A DNA stretch of 38,464 nucleotides from Frankiales bacterium. GTDB taxonomy: Bacteria > Actinomycetota > Actinomycetes > Mycobacteriales > SCTD01. Below the pieces are notes generated by a model. It was not told the origin of the DNA. It did not search any database and was given only the letters and a program-made list of their open reading frames with translations. This document shows, in pieces, positions 29,616-37,136 of the stretch. The DNA lies in the NCBI GenBank assembly GCA_025464915.1, contig JAODNF010000311.1, positions 1 through 38,464 of the forward strand, given 5' to 3'. Position 1 is the first letter of the stretch. Each line of letters opens with the position of its first letter. Both the position numbers and the translations under genes were made by a program.

Positions 29616-29954
29616 TCAACGGCCGAGTCGCTCGCGGATGAGGAACTTCGGCACGCACATCGCCCACGCCTCGGTCACCCGCTCCTGCATCTCGTCCAGG
29701 TCCAGCTCGCCGATGCGGCAGGCGACCCACTGGTACCTCATGTCCGACGCGCCGGGCAGCAGGTAGCGGTCGTCGGACGCGACAAGGGCCGTCCGTTCCT
29801 CGCGCGGGAAGGCGAAGCCCATCAGCGTCTCGTCGCGACTGAAGGCGCAGTAGACGATCGACGTGACGCGGAACTTCACGCGGTCGTGGATGAGGTGCTC
29901 GGTGGTGCGGGGCAGCGTCAGCGCCAGCTTGCGCACGTCCTCGACGGTGGCCAC
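29616..29954 (-). CDS. MmcQ/YjbR-family DNA-binding protein
   Basis: ATVEDVRKLALTLPRTTE...DRVKFRV...EAWAMCVPK. In-frame GTG 29954 (alternative 29960); the ORF-track extension to 30053 is unlikely. Confidence 0.82.
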   Translation of the reverse strand: MATVEDVRKLALTLPRTTEHLIHDRVKFRVTSIVYCAFSRDETLMGFAFPREERTALVASDDRYLLPGASDMRYQWVACRIGELDLDEMQERVTEAWAMCVPKFLIRERLGR

Positions 29955-30029
29955 GCCCACATATTCGCTGGACTCACCGACAACCGCCAGGCATCCTGAC
30001 CGGCTCAGCACCGAGGAAGGACCGACCGC

Positions 30030-30077
30030 GTGACACGCAGACGAGATCAGCACCTACGGGTGCCCGTCCTGCGCTGA
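30030..30077 (+). CDS. Candidate leader peptide MTRRRDQHLRVPVLR
   Basis: GAGGAAGG SD upstream; candidate promoter TGGACT-N17-CATCCT (29969-29997); rare codons ACA/AGA/CGA/CTA; overlaps alternative hairpins. Confidence 0.5.
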   Translation: MTRRRDQHLRVPVLR

Positions 30078-30118
30078 TCGCGGGGTCACCCGGGCGCCCC
30101 GACCTACCGGAGAGCCCC

Positions 30119-31126
30119 GTGGACACCATCCTGGGACAGTTCGACCTGTCCGACCTGCACAACGACCTCGGTCCCTACCTGTACTTCCGCGCGCACGAGC
30201 GCCGCGGCGACGCGCACCTCGTGAAGCGCGACCTCAAGCACGCCGTCACGCGCGACGTGCTGCCCGACCGGGCCGTCCTCGTCCGGACCGTCGACAACGG
30301 TCCCTGCGTCGACGTGCTCGCCGAGGTGGACGACACCGTCGTGCTGCTCCGCACCTGGAAGCAGGCGGCCGACGTCTGGGTCACGGCTCACGACGAGCCC
30401 ACCGCCCGGGCCGTCGCCTCGGAGATCGAGGCGCGCGCCTTCAAGCAGCCGGCGCAGGGCCGCATCGAGCTGCGGTTCACCTCCGACGACAGCAGCACCC
30501 GGTACGTCGAGGTGGACGTGCCCACGTGGACCCAGGTCGAGGGCCACTACAGCCCGGCCGTGCACACCGCGCTGAACGGCCTCGTCGCGCACCGGCACTC
30601 GACGGCAGAGGCCCGTCGCCTGATGCTCTGGCACGGCGAGCCGGGTACGGGGAAGACGACCGCCATCCGGGCGCTCCTGCACGCGTGGCAGGAGTGGACC
30701 GAGGCGGTGGTCGTCACCGACCCCGAGTCGCTGCTCTCGAGCGGCAAGTACCTGCGCCGCGTGATGCTCGACGCCAACGACGACCACAAGTGGCAGGTGG
30801 TCGTCCTCGAGGACGCCGAGTCCCTGCTCCACAAGACCGGCGGCAAGGGGATGGCGAAGCTGCTGAACCTGTGCGACGGCCTGCTCGGGCAGGGCCTGCG
30901 CTGCCTGTTCCTCATCACCACCAACGAGCCGCTGCAGGCCGTGCACCCGGCGCTCGTCCGCCCCGGACGCTGCCTGTCGCGCGTCGAGTTCGACCGGCTC
31001 CCCGCCAGCCAGGCTGCCGGCCTGCTGGGCCGTCCCGTCGACCGCGGCATGACGCTCGCCGAGGTGATGGCGGCCAAGCCGGTGACGGTCGTGCAGGAGC
31101 CGGTCGCGGTGGGTCAGTACCTGTAG
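30119..31126 (+). CDS. AAA-family ATPase (DUF5925-like)
   Basis: RLMLWHGEPGTGKT Walker A, VVVLEDAE Walker B, LLNLCDGLLGQG, ITTN sensor 1, RPGRC arginine finger; GGAG SD. Confidence 0.85.
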   Translation: MDTILGQFDLSDLHNDLGPYLYFRAHERRGDAHLVKRDLKHAVTRDVLPDRAVLVRTVDNGPCVDVLAEVDDTVVLLRTWKQAADVWVTAHDEPTARAVASEIEARAFKQPAQGRIELRFTSDDSSTRYVEVDVPTWTQVEGHYSPAVHTALNGLVAHRHSTAEARRLMLWHGEPGTGKTTAIRALLHAWQEWTEAVVVTDPESLLSSGKYLRRVMLDANDDHKWQVVVLEDAESLLHKTGGKGMAKLLNLCDGLLGQGLRCLFLITTNEPLQAVHPALVRPGRCLSRVEFDRLPASQAAGLLGRPVDRGMTLAEVMAAKPVTVVQEPVAVGQYL

Positions 31127-32073
31127 AACCGCTGCACGTCGGCCCACTCCCGCTCGAGTCCCTTCGTCACCGCCGCGCTCAGCGGGGCGAAGGGCTCGAG
31201 CGCTCCGGACGACACGGTCCAGGTGGCGACGGCCCTGCCCCTGACCAGTGCGATCGGCTTGAAGATGCCGTTGACCGTGATGACGCCCTCGGCACCTGCC
31301 ATCACCCAGTCGCGGGAGTCCCAGCCGCAGAGCAGCTCGTCCCAGGGACCGAGCAGCGTGGGCCCGGGCACGGTCGCCTCGTACGCCGGAGCCTCGCGTC
31401 CCTGGAGGGCGGCGCGGGCGTCGCGCAGGGTCAGCCCGGCCCACTTCGCGAGGTCGCGGTCGGTCGAGGGGCCGTGGCCGGCGAGATAGCGGGTGCCGAG
31501 CTCCTGGAGCGCCGTCTCGCGCGACACCCTCGGCTGCTTGCCGAGCCAGTCGGCGACGAGCACGAAGGCCTGCTCCCGGCCGACCATCGGCCCACGCACG
31601 CAGATGCCTGCCAGCGTCGCCTTGAGGAGCAGGTGCACGATCGCCTGCCCCGCGACCGGGACGCCCTTGCGCTCCAGGGCGTCCTTGAGCTGCGTGCGGG
31701 TCGCCGGCCCGTCTTTCAGCACCCTCGTGATGATCGGCAGCGCCTTGTCGGCCTGGCCGGTCGAGACGCCCTCCTGCCGCAGCCGCGTCGCGTTGCTCGT
31801 CACGAGCTGGGGCGTGGTCAGCGCGTGCAGCCAGGCGTAGTCCTCCGACCGGATCAGGTGCAGCGTCCCGCGGTTCACCCAGGTGACGACCGCGGCGCGT
31901 GAGGCGAGGGCCTCGTCCACGTCGTCGACGGTCAGCCCGGTGCTGCGAGCTCGCACCCCGAGCTGGCCGGCCCGCAGCTCCTGGCACTGGACAGCGAGGC
32001 AGCGGTCGAGCACGCCGAGGACGGAAGTCGCCTTCGGGCCCGCGAGCAACTGGGCCGCGAGCCGTGGGATCAC
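31114..32073 (-). CDS. AlkZ-like (HTH_42) winged-helix DNA glycosylase
   Basis: AVQCQE (QxQ motif), NRGTLHL, RYLAGHGPST..DLAKWAGL, LLGPWDE motifs. Confidence 0.85.
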   Translation of the reverse strand: MIPRLAAQLLAGPKATSVLGVLDRCLAVQCQELRAGQLGVRARSTGLTVDDVDEALASRAAVVTWVNRGTLHLIRSEDYAWLHALTTPQLVTSNATRLRQEGVSTGQADKALPIITRVLKDGPATRTQLKDALERKGVPVAGQAIVHLLLKATLAGICVRGPMVGREQAFVLVADWLGKQPRVSRETALQELGTRYLAGHGPSTDRDLAKWAGLTLRDARAALQGREAPAYEATVPGPTLLGPWDELLCGWDSRDWVMAGAEGVITVNGIFKPIALVRGRAVATWTVSSGALEPFAPLSAAVTKGLEREWADVQRFYRY

Positions 32074-32405
32074 TCCGCGAGGGTAGGCGGGCAGGCTGAG
32101 AGCAGCGCAAGGAGGACGGCGTCCAGCTCGGGCTCCGGGGCACCGGATGCCATCTCGTCACAGGTGAGCAGCACCCGCGTGCCGCCCGACCCGACGGGCG
32201 TGAACGCCCAGGTCAGGAACACGCCGTCCTCACAGCCGTCGCCGACGGACATGAGCAGCTGGCAGGAGGTGCGGGACTGCAGCACCTCGGTCTGGTCGGA
32301 CCACAGCTGCGTGACGAGGCGGTGGACCTCGTCCCAGGCCCGGACGACGGGCACCGGCAGCAACGTTGTCGCCGACGTCGTCGAGAGCAGCTCGTCGGAC
32401 GTCAT
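32070..32405 (-). CDS. Hypothetical protein (possible minimal SRPBCC-like fold)
   Basis: ATG 32405 has ATGA overlap with the methyltransferase and GTGA overlap with AlkZ. The LPVPVVRAWD and LTWAFTPVGSGGTRVLLT segments resemble SRPBCC proteins. Confidence 0.6.
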   Translation of the reverse strand: MTSDELLSTTSATTLLPVPVVRAWDEVHRLVTQLWSDQTEVLQSRTSCQLLMSVGDGCEDGVFLTWAFTPVGSGGTRVLLTCDEMASGAPEPELDAVLLALLSACPPTLAE

Positions 32406-33019
32406 GGCCGGACCGCGATGCCCGTGAACAGCGAGCCGATGGCTCGGGGCACGCCCTTCTCGTACCGGTGGTCGACCTGCTTCACCTCGAGGCCGCCCCG
32501 GGTAAGGATCCCGGGGACGTCGCGGTCGAGGTGGCAGCCGGCGGCGAGGACCCGCTGAACCGGGTTGACCCGGCGCTGCCAGCGCACGACGCCGACGTCC
32601 GGCGCCAGCCCGTGCTCGGCGAAGTGCACTGCCCCACCCGGGCGCAGGACCCGCGCCATCTCCCGTACCGCCTTCTCGGGGTCCGGGATCGAGCACAGGC
32701 TCCAGGTGCACAGCACCATGTCGGCGGACTCGTCCTCGAACGGCAGCGCCTGCCCGTCGAGCCCGCTGATCTCGACCGGCACCGGCGACGCGGCGATTCG
32801 GTCGGCGGCCAGCCGGACGCCGACACCGAGCGGCTCGACGGCCCGGACGCGCGTGACGGTCGAGGGCAGGTACGGCAGGTTGTGGCCGGTGCCGAAGCCG
32901 ATCTCCACCACGTCGCCGGCGAGCCCTGCGCAGACCTCCGCGCGGACGTGCCGGGTCTGGGCCGTGTCCATCACCTTGTTCATCAGGTGCGGGAACACCC
33001 GCTCGCTGTAGCGGCTCAT
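32402..33019 (-). CDS. Class I SAM-dependent methyltransferase
   Basis: VVEIGFGTG motif I, LPFEDESAD, LCSIPD, RVLRPGG, EHG, GCHLDRD. ATG 33019. Confidence 0.9.
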   Translation of the reverse strand: MSRYSERVFPHLMNKVMDTAQTRHVRAEVCAGLAGDVVEIGFGTGHNLPYLPSTVTRVRAVEPLGVGVRLAADRIAASPVPVEISGLDGQALPFEDESADMVLCTWSLCSIPDPEKAVREMARVLRPGGAVHFAEHGLAPDVGVVRWQRRVNPVQRVLAAGCHLDRDVPGILTRGGLEVKQVDHRYEKGVPRAIGSLFTGIAVRP

Positions 33020-33121
33020 GTCGGCGTCGTCATCCCCCCCAGGTGTCAGACGTGCCCTCACAGTGTGACCGCACCAGCCCTCGCTGTGAAGAGAACGGGG
33101 AGTTCTGTGAGGATGACGCTC

Positions 33122-33970
33122 ATGCGTCTCGGTATCCAGATCCCGTCGTTCACGTTCCCCGGTGGCAAGGCCACCCTCGGCCAGGACCTCGCCGCGATCG
33201 CCCGTACGGCGGACGACGCCGGGTTCAGCGCCATCGCCGTGATGGACCACTTCTTCCAGATCGGCCCGGTGGGCCCGCCGGAGATGGAGATGCTCGAGGC
33301 CTACACGACGCTCGGCTTCCTGGCCGGCCACACCAGCCGCGCACAGCTGCTCACCCTCGTCACCGGCGTGATCTACCGCGAGCCGGGCCTGCTGGCGAAG
33401 ACGCTCAGCACCCTCGACGTCCTGAGCGGCGGCCGTGCGGTGCTCGGCATCGGGGCGGCGTGGAACGAGCAGGAGGCCAGGGGCCTGGGCTTCCGGTTCC
33501 CGCCGGTGGCCGAGCGGTTCGAGCGGCTCGAGGAGACCCTGCAGATCTGCCGGCTGATGTTCGACGGCCAGGACACGTCGTACGACGGGAAGCACTTCAC
33601 CCTGGAGCGCACCCTCAACGTGCCCTCGCCCATCAGCGCCCTCCCGATCATGATCGGCGGCGGCGGGGAGAAGAAGACGCTGCGGCTGGTCGCGCAGTAC
33701 GCGCAGCTGTGCAACCTGTTCCCTGGGCCCGACCTGGCGCACAAGCTCGAGGTCCTGCGCGGCCACTGCGAGGCGGTCGGCAGGCCGTACGACGACATCG
33801 AGAAGACCGTCTACTACACGTTCGACACGGCCAAGTCGTCCGCCGAGACGGTGGACGAGCTCGGCGCCCTGAAGGACCTCGGATTCGGCCTCGCTCTCGG
33901 CGGCGTGCGGGACGTCCACACCCTGGCGCCTCTGGAGACGATCGGCGCGGAGGTGCTGCCCCAGCTCTGA
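33122..33970 (+). CDS. LLM-class F420-dependent oxidoreductase
   Basis: MRLGIQIP, MDHFFQI, EAYTTLGFLA, TLVTGVIYREPG, DVLSGGR, IGGGGEKKTLRLVA motifs. Confidence 0.9.
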   Translation: MRLGIQIPSFTFPGGKATLGQDLAAIARTADDAGFSAIAVMDHFFQIGPVGPPEMEMLEAYTTLGFLAGHTSRAQLLTLVTGVIYREPGLLAKTLSTLDVLSGGRAVLGIGAAWNEQEARGLGFRFPPVAERFERLEETLQICRLMFDGQDTSYDGKHFTLERTLNVPSPISALPIMIGGGGEKKTLRLVAQYAQLCNLFPGPDLAHKLEVLRGHCEAVGRPYDDIEKTVYYTFDTAKSSAETVDELGALKDLGFGLALGGVRDVHTLAPLETIGAEVLPQL

Positions 33971-33987
33971 CCGGGTAGGGGCCGCCC

Positions 33988-34830
33988 ATGGCCTACGTCA
34001 GCGAGTCAGGTTCCTTCGAGCGCGACACCCGTTACCTGAACGGGGACTGGGGTCCGGAGCCCGGGCGCTACCAGCTGGTGGTGAGCCGGGCGTGCCCCTG
34101 GGCGAGCCGCGCGATCGTCGTCCGGGAGCTGCTCGGACTTCAGGAGGCGCTGCCGATGCTGGTCTGCGGGCCCGTGCACGACGAGGACTCGTGGACCTTC
34201 GAGGGCGGCCGGCTCAAGGACCTCTACCCCGACGGGTACGACCGCGGCATCACGGTGCCTGCGATCGTCGACCTCACCACGGGCACCGTCGTCAACAACG
34301 ACTACCCGTCGCTGACGCTCAGGCTCGAGACGGAGTGGACCGCCCTGCACGCCGAGGGCGCACCGGACCTCTACCCCGAGCCGCTCCGCGAGGAGATGGA
34401 CGAGGTGATGGAGCTGGTCTTCCACGACGTGAACAACGGCGTCTACAAGTGCGGCTTCGCCGGCGACCAGGACGCGTACGAGAAGGCCTACCGCACCCTG
34501 TGGGACCGTCTCGACTGGCTCACCGACAGGCTCTCGGGTCAGCGCTTCCTGATGGGCGACGCGATCACCGAGGCGGACGTGCGGCTGTTCACGACCCTGG
34601 TGCGCTTCGACGCGGTCTACCACTCGCACTTCAAGTGCAACCGCCAGAAGCTGAGCGAGATGCCGGTGCTGTGGCGCTACGCGCGCGACCTGTTCCAGAC
34701 GCCCGGGTTCGGCGACACCGTCGACTTCGAGCACATCAAGCAGCACTACTACGTCGTGCAGAAGGACATCAACCCCACGCAGGTCGTGCCCCTCGGTCCG
34801 GACCTCAGCGGGTGGCAGCAGCCGGTGTGA
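33988..34830 (+). CDS. Glutathionyl-hydroquinone reductase (YqjG/ECM4-like GST)
   Basis: ACPWA active site, ITVP, VNNGVYKCGFA, EADVRLFTTLVRFDAVY..HFKCN, HIKQHYY, INPT motifs. Confidence 0.92.
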   Translation: MAYVSESGSFERDTRYLNGDWGPEPGRYQLVVSRACPWASRAIVVRELLGLQEALPMLVCGPVHDEDSWTFEGGRLKDLYPDGYDRGITVPAIVDLTTGTVVNNDYPSLTLRLETEWTALHAEGAPDLYPEPLREEMDEVMELVFHDVNNGVYKCGFAGDQDAYEKAYRTLWDRLDWLTDRLSGQRFLMGDAITEADVRLFTTLVRFDAVYHSHFKCNRQKLSEMPVLWRYARDLFQTPGFGDTVDFEHIKQHYYVVQKDINPTQVVPLGPDLSGWQQPV

Positions 34831-36121
34831 GGCACGACCAGCGGAAGTGCCGGTGGGGCTGGAGCCTCACGGTGATGCGCAGCCCCGGGACGCCGGTCTG
34901 CTTCTCGTCCGCAGGGACGACGGTACGCGCGCCGCGACCGCCCTTGTCGATGCTGATGACGTCGAGCCCGCGGGTGTAGTCGGCGACGTAGACGAGGTCG
35001 TCGCGGCCGGGGAAGAAGTCGGCCTGAGAGGCGGTCGTGCTGTCGCCCGCCCAGACGCCGACGGGGCGCGGGTGCCTCGGGTCGGACACGTCGAGGAAGC
35101 GGACGCCGGCGCCGTACCACGCGTCGGCCACGACCTTGCTGCTGTTGAGCGAGAACCAGTGGCTGCTGCAGTACTGCTTCTGCGTCAGCGGCCCGTGGTT
35201 GTCGGCGTTGACAGGGGCGTTCCAGCTCGAGACGGGACGGAGCAGCTTCGCCTTGCGGTCGATGCGCCAGACCTCGAAGCGGCCGTCGTCCGTGCAGCCC
35301 GGTGCGTAGCTCTCCTCGGTGATGAGCCAGGTGTCGCGGTCGAGGCGCTTGCCGCCGTGCAGGATCAGGTTGTCGTTGGCCTTGTTGTCCGCGGCACTGA
35401 CGCGGGCGACGAGGGTCGGGTGCAGCGGGTCCTTCCCGAGGCGGTGGACCGCAGCCCCCTTGCTGCCGTAGACGGTGATGTCGCCGAAGCGGTCGACCTC
35501 GGCGTCGTGGACCGAGCCGCCGGCCGGTGTGGCGAACGTGCCGACGACCTTCGGCACGGCGAGGTCGCGCACGTCGACGACCACGACCTGGCTGCCTCCG
35601 GACACCCACAGGTAGCGGTCACCGTCGACGAGCGTCGAGGTGTGGCCGTACCCGCTCGGCAGGCCGACCCCGCCGATGACGGTCGGCCTGGACGGTGTGC
35701 GGAGGTCCACCAGGTTGACGCGTCCGGCGCCGCCGACCTGACTGTCCTGGCTCATGACGGCGAACCGCCGCGTCTGCGAGACCGCGATGTCCTCGTTCTG
35801 GTAGTTCGGCAGCTCGAGCTTCGCGAGCGGCTTGGGGGCCCGAGGGTTGCTGACGTCGAAGACCTGCAGGCCGCCGGTCAGCTTCACCGGCGTCGCGCCC
35901 GCCTCGTTCCAGACGAGGTCGGGCTCCGAGAGCACGTAGACCGTCCTGCCGAGGAAGTGCCCGCTGACGGCGCCCCCGGCGTCGAACGCGTGCGAGACCA
36001 GGTGCACGTTCGGTGTGGCCACGCCCGAGGAGCTGGAGGGCAGCAGCTGGGCCGGGGCGGCGTGCGCCGGCGGTGCGAGCACGGTGGCCGTGCAGAGGGC
36101 GGCGAGCAGGACGCGGCGCAT
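34805..36121 (-). CDS. Secreted LVIVD-repeat (beta-propeller-like) protein
   Basis: Signal peptide MRRVLLAALCTATVLAPPAHA; repeats LQVFDVSNPRAP, VNLVDLRTPSRP, VVVVDVRDLAVP, VRFLDVSDPRHP; CSSHWF; YVADYTRGLDVI. ATG 36121. Confidence 0.8.
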   Translation of the reverse strand: MRRVLLAALCTATVLAPPAHAAPAQLLPSSSSGVATPNVHLVSHAFDAGGAVSGHFLGRTVYVLSEPDLVWNEAGATPVKLTGGLQVFDVSNPRAPKPLAKLELPNYQNEDIAVSQTRRFAVMSQDSQVGGAGRVNLVDLRTPSRPTVIGGVGLPSGYGHTSTLVDGDRYLWVSGGSQVVVVDVRDLAVPKVVGTFATPAGGSVHDAEVDRFGDITVYGSKGAAVHRLGKDPLHPTLVARVSAADNKANDNLILHGGKRLDRDTWLITEESYAPGCTDDGRFEVWRIDRKAKLLRPVSSWNAPVNADNHGPLTQKQYCSSHWFSLNSSKVVADAWYGAGVRFLDVSDPRHPRPVGVWAGDSTTASQADFFPGRDDLVYVADYTRGLDVISIDKGGRGARTVVPADEKQTGVPGLRITVRLQPHRHFRWSCLTPAAATR

Positions 36122-36425
36122 GCCTCGTCGTTCGACGTGAGCGCGGCTATCCCTGCCTGGCAACACCCAGGGAACCCGGCGGCAACCCCGGGGAGACCGT
36201 CGACAGACCGGTCTGGCCGCACCGCTTGGCGCACGCCGATCAGGTACGAACCCGGTCAATGTGCGGCCGATGACAGGATGCCCTAACCTCGCCGGGTGGC
36301 GGCTCCCGACCTCCGAGGAGTGCCCCCGCTCCCCGTCCGAACAGGGGCTGCCGCGCGGACGGACGCAGCGGTTGCCGCGACGCGAGCCCGTGGTTGCCTG
36401 AGGGACGGCGGGGCAGGTCCCTGAC

Positions 36426-37136
36426 ATGCCCGCCCTGACCCTCATCGGCGTCTACCGCGAGCGCAACGCTGCGTGCATGCTGGCCATCGCGCGGCAGGCC
36501 ATGGCACTCGGGGCCGAGGTGCGCCTGCACGCCCTGGGAGAGGTCGAGCGCAGCCTGGCGCGCTGGACGGTCGCCCAGGGCGCCGGTGGTCGTTGCACGC
36601 TGCTGAACGAGCTGTACCTGGGCGCGCAGCCGACGGGCGACGTGGTGGTCTCCGACGACGACGTGGACTTCTGCCGCGGAGACCTCGCGCGGTTCCTCAC
36701 GCACTTCCACGAAGGCGGCTGGGACCTCGCCCAGCCGGCTCATCCCTGGCGGGGCAGCCACTCGTCGTACCGCTTCTTCCTGAAGCGGCGGCCCTGGCTC
36801 GTCAGCCGGGACACGACGTTCGTCGAGATCGGCCCCCTGTTCGCCGTTGCGGAGCGCGCGCGCGACGCGTTCCTGCCGCTGCCCGAGTGGGGCATGGGGT
36901 GGGGCGTCGAGCTGCTCTGGTGGGACCGGGCCCGGGCGGGTGCCCGTCTCGGCATGGTGGACGACGTGACGATCCGGCACCTGTCGCCGCTATACGGCGA
37001 CTACGGCCGCGCCGACGAGGAGCGCCGCTTGCGCGACCAGCTGGCGCTGCGCGACCTCCGGCACATCCGGCAGACCCAGCGCACGCTGCGCAGCACCCCT
37101 CGGTGGCAGCGGTTGCGCCCGCGGGGTGCGTCGTGA
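36426..37136 (+). CDS. Putative GT-A fold glycosyltransferase (DUF707-like)
   Basis: VVVSDDDV (DxD), LAQPA, FVEIGPLF, MGWGVE, GMVDDVTIRH motifs. Confidence 0.6.
   Translation: MPALTLIGVYRERNAACMLAIARQAMALGAEVRLHALGEVERSLARWTVAQGAGGRCTLLNELYLGAQPTGDVVVSDDDVDFCRGDLARFLTHFHEGGWDLAQPAHPWRGSHSSYRFFLKRRPWLVSRDTTFVEIGPLFAVAERARDAFLPLPEWGMGWGVELLWWDRARAGARLGMVDDVTIRHLSPLYGDYGRADEERRLRDQLALRDLRHIRQTQRTLRSTPRWQRLRPRGAS

Noticed and set aside
30119-31126. AAA ATPase as an anti-phage defence component
   Set aside because: No partner nuclease or effector, no mobile-element context, and host-like composition.
33016-33040. C7 homopolymer and 5-codon minus-strand mini-ORF (MTTPT) overlapping the methyltransferase ATG
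   Set aside because: Too short to distinguish from chance; the tract is outside a coding region and may simply act as an SD-like G-run.
33056-33112. CCTCACAG / CTGTGAGG inverted repeat with inner AGAAC/GTTCT
   Set aside because: Widely spaced short arms, plausibly mirrored divergent promoter sequence; no adjacent regulator to assign.
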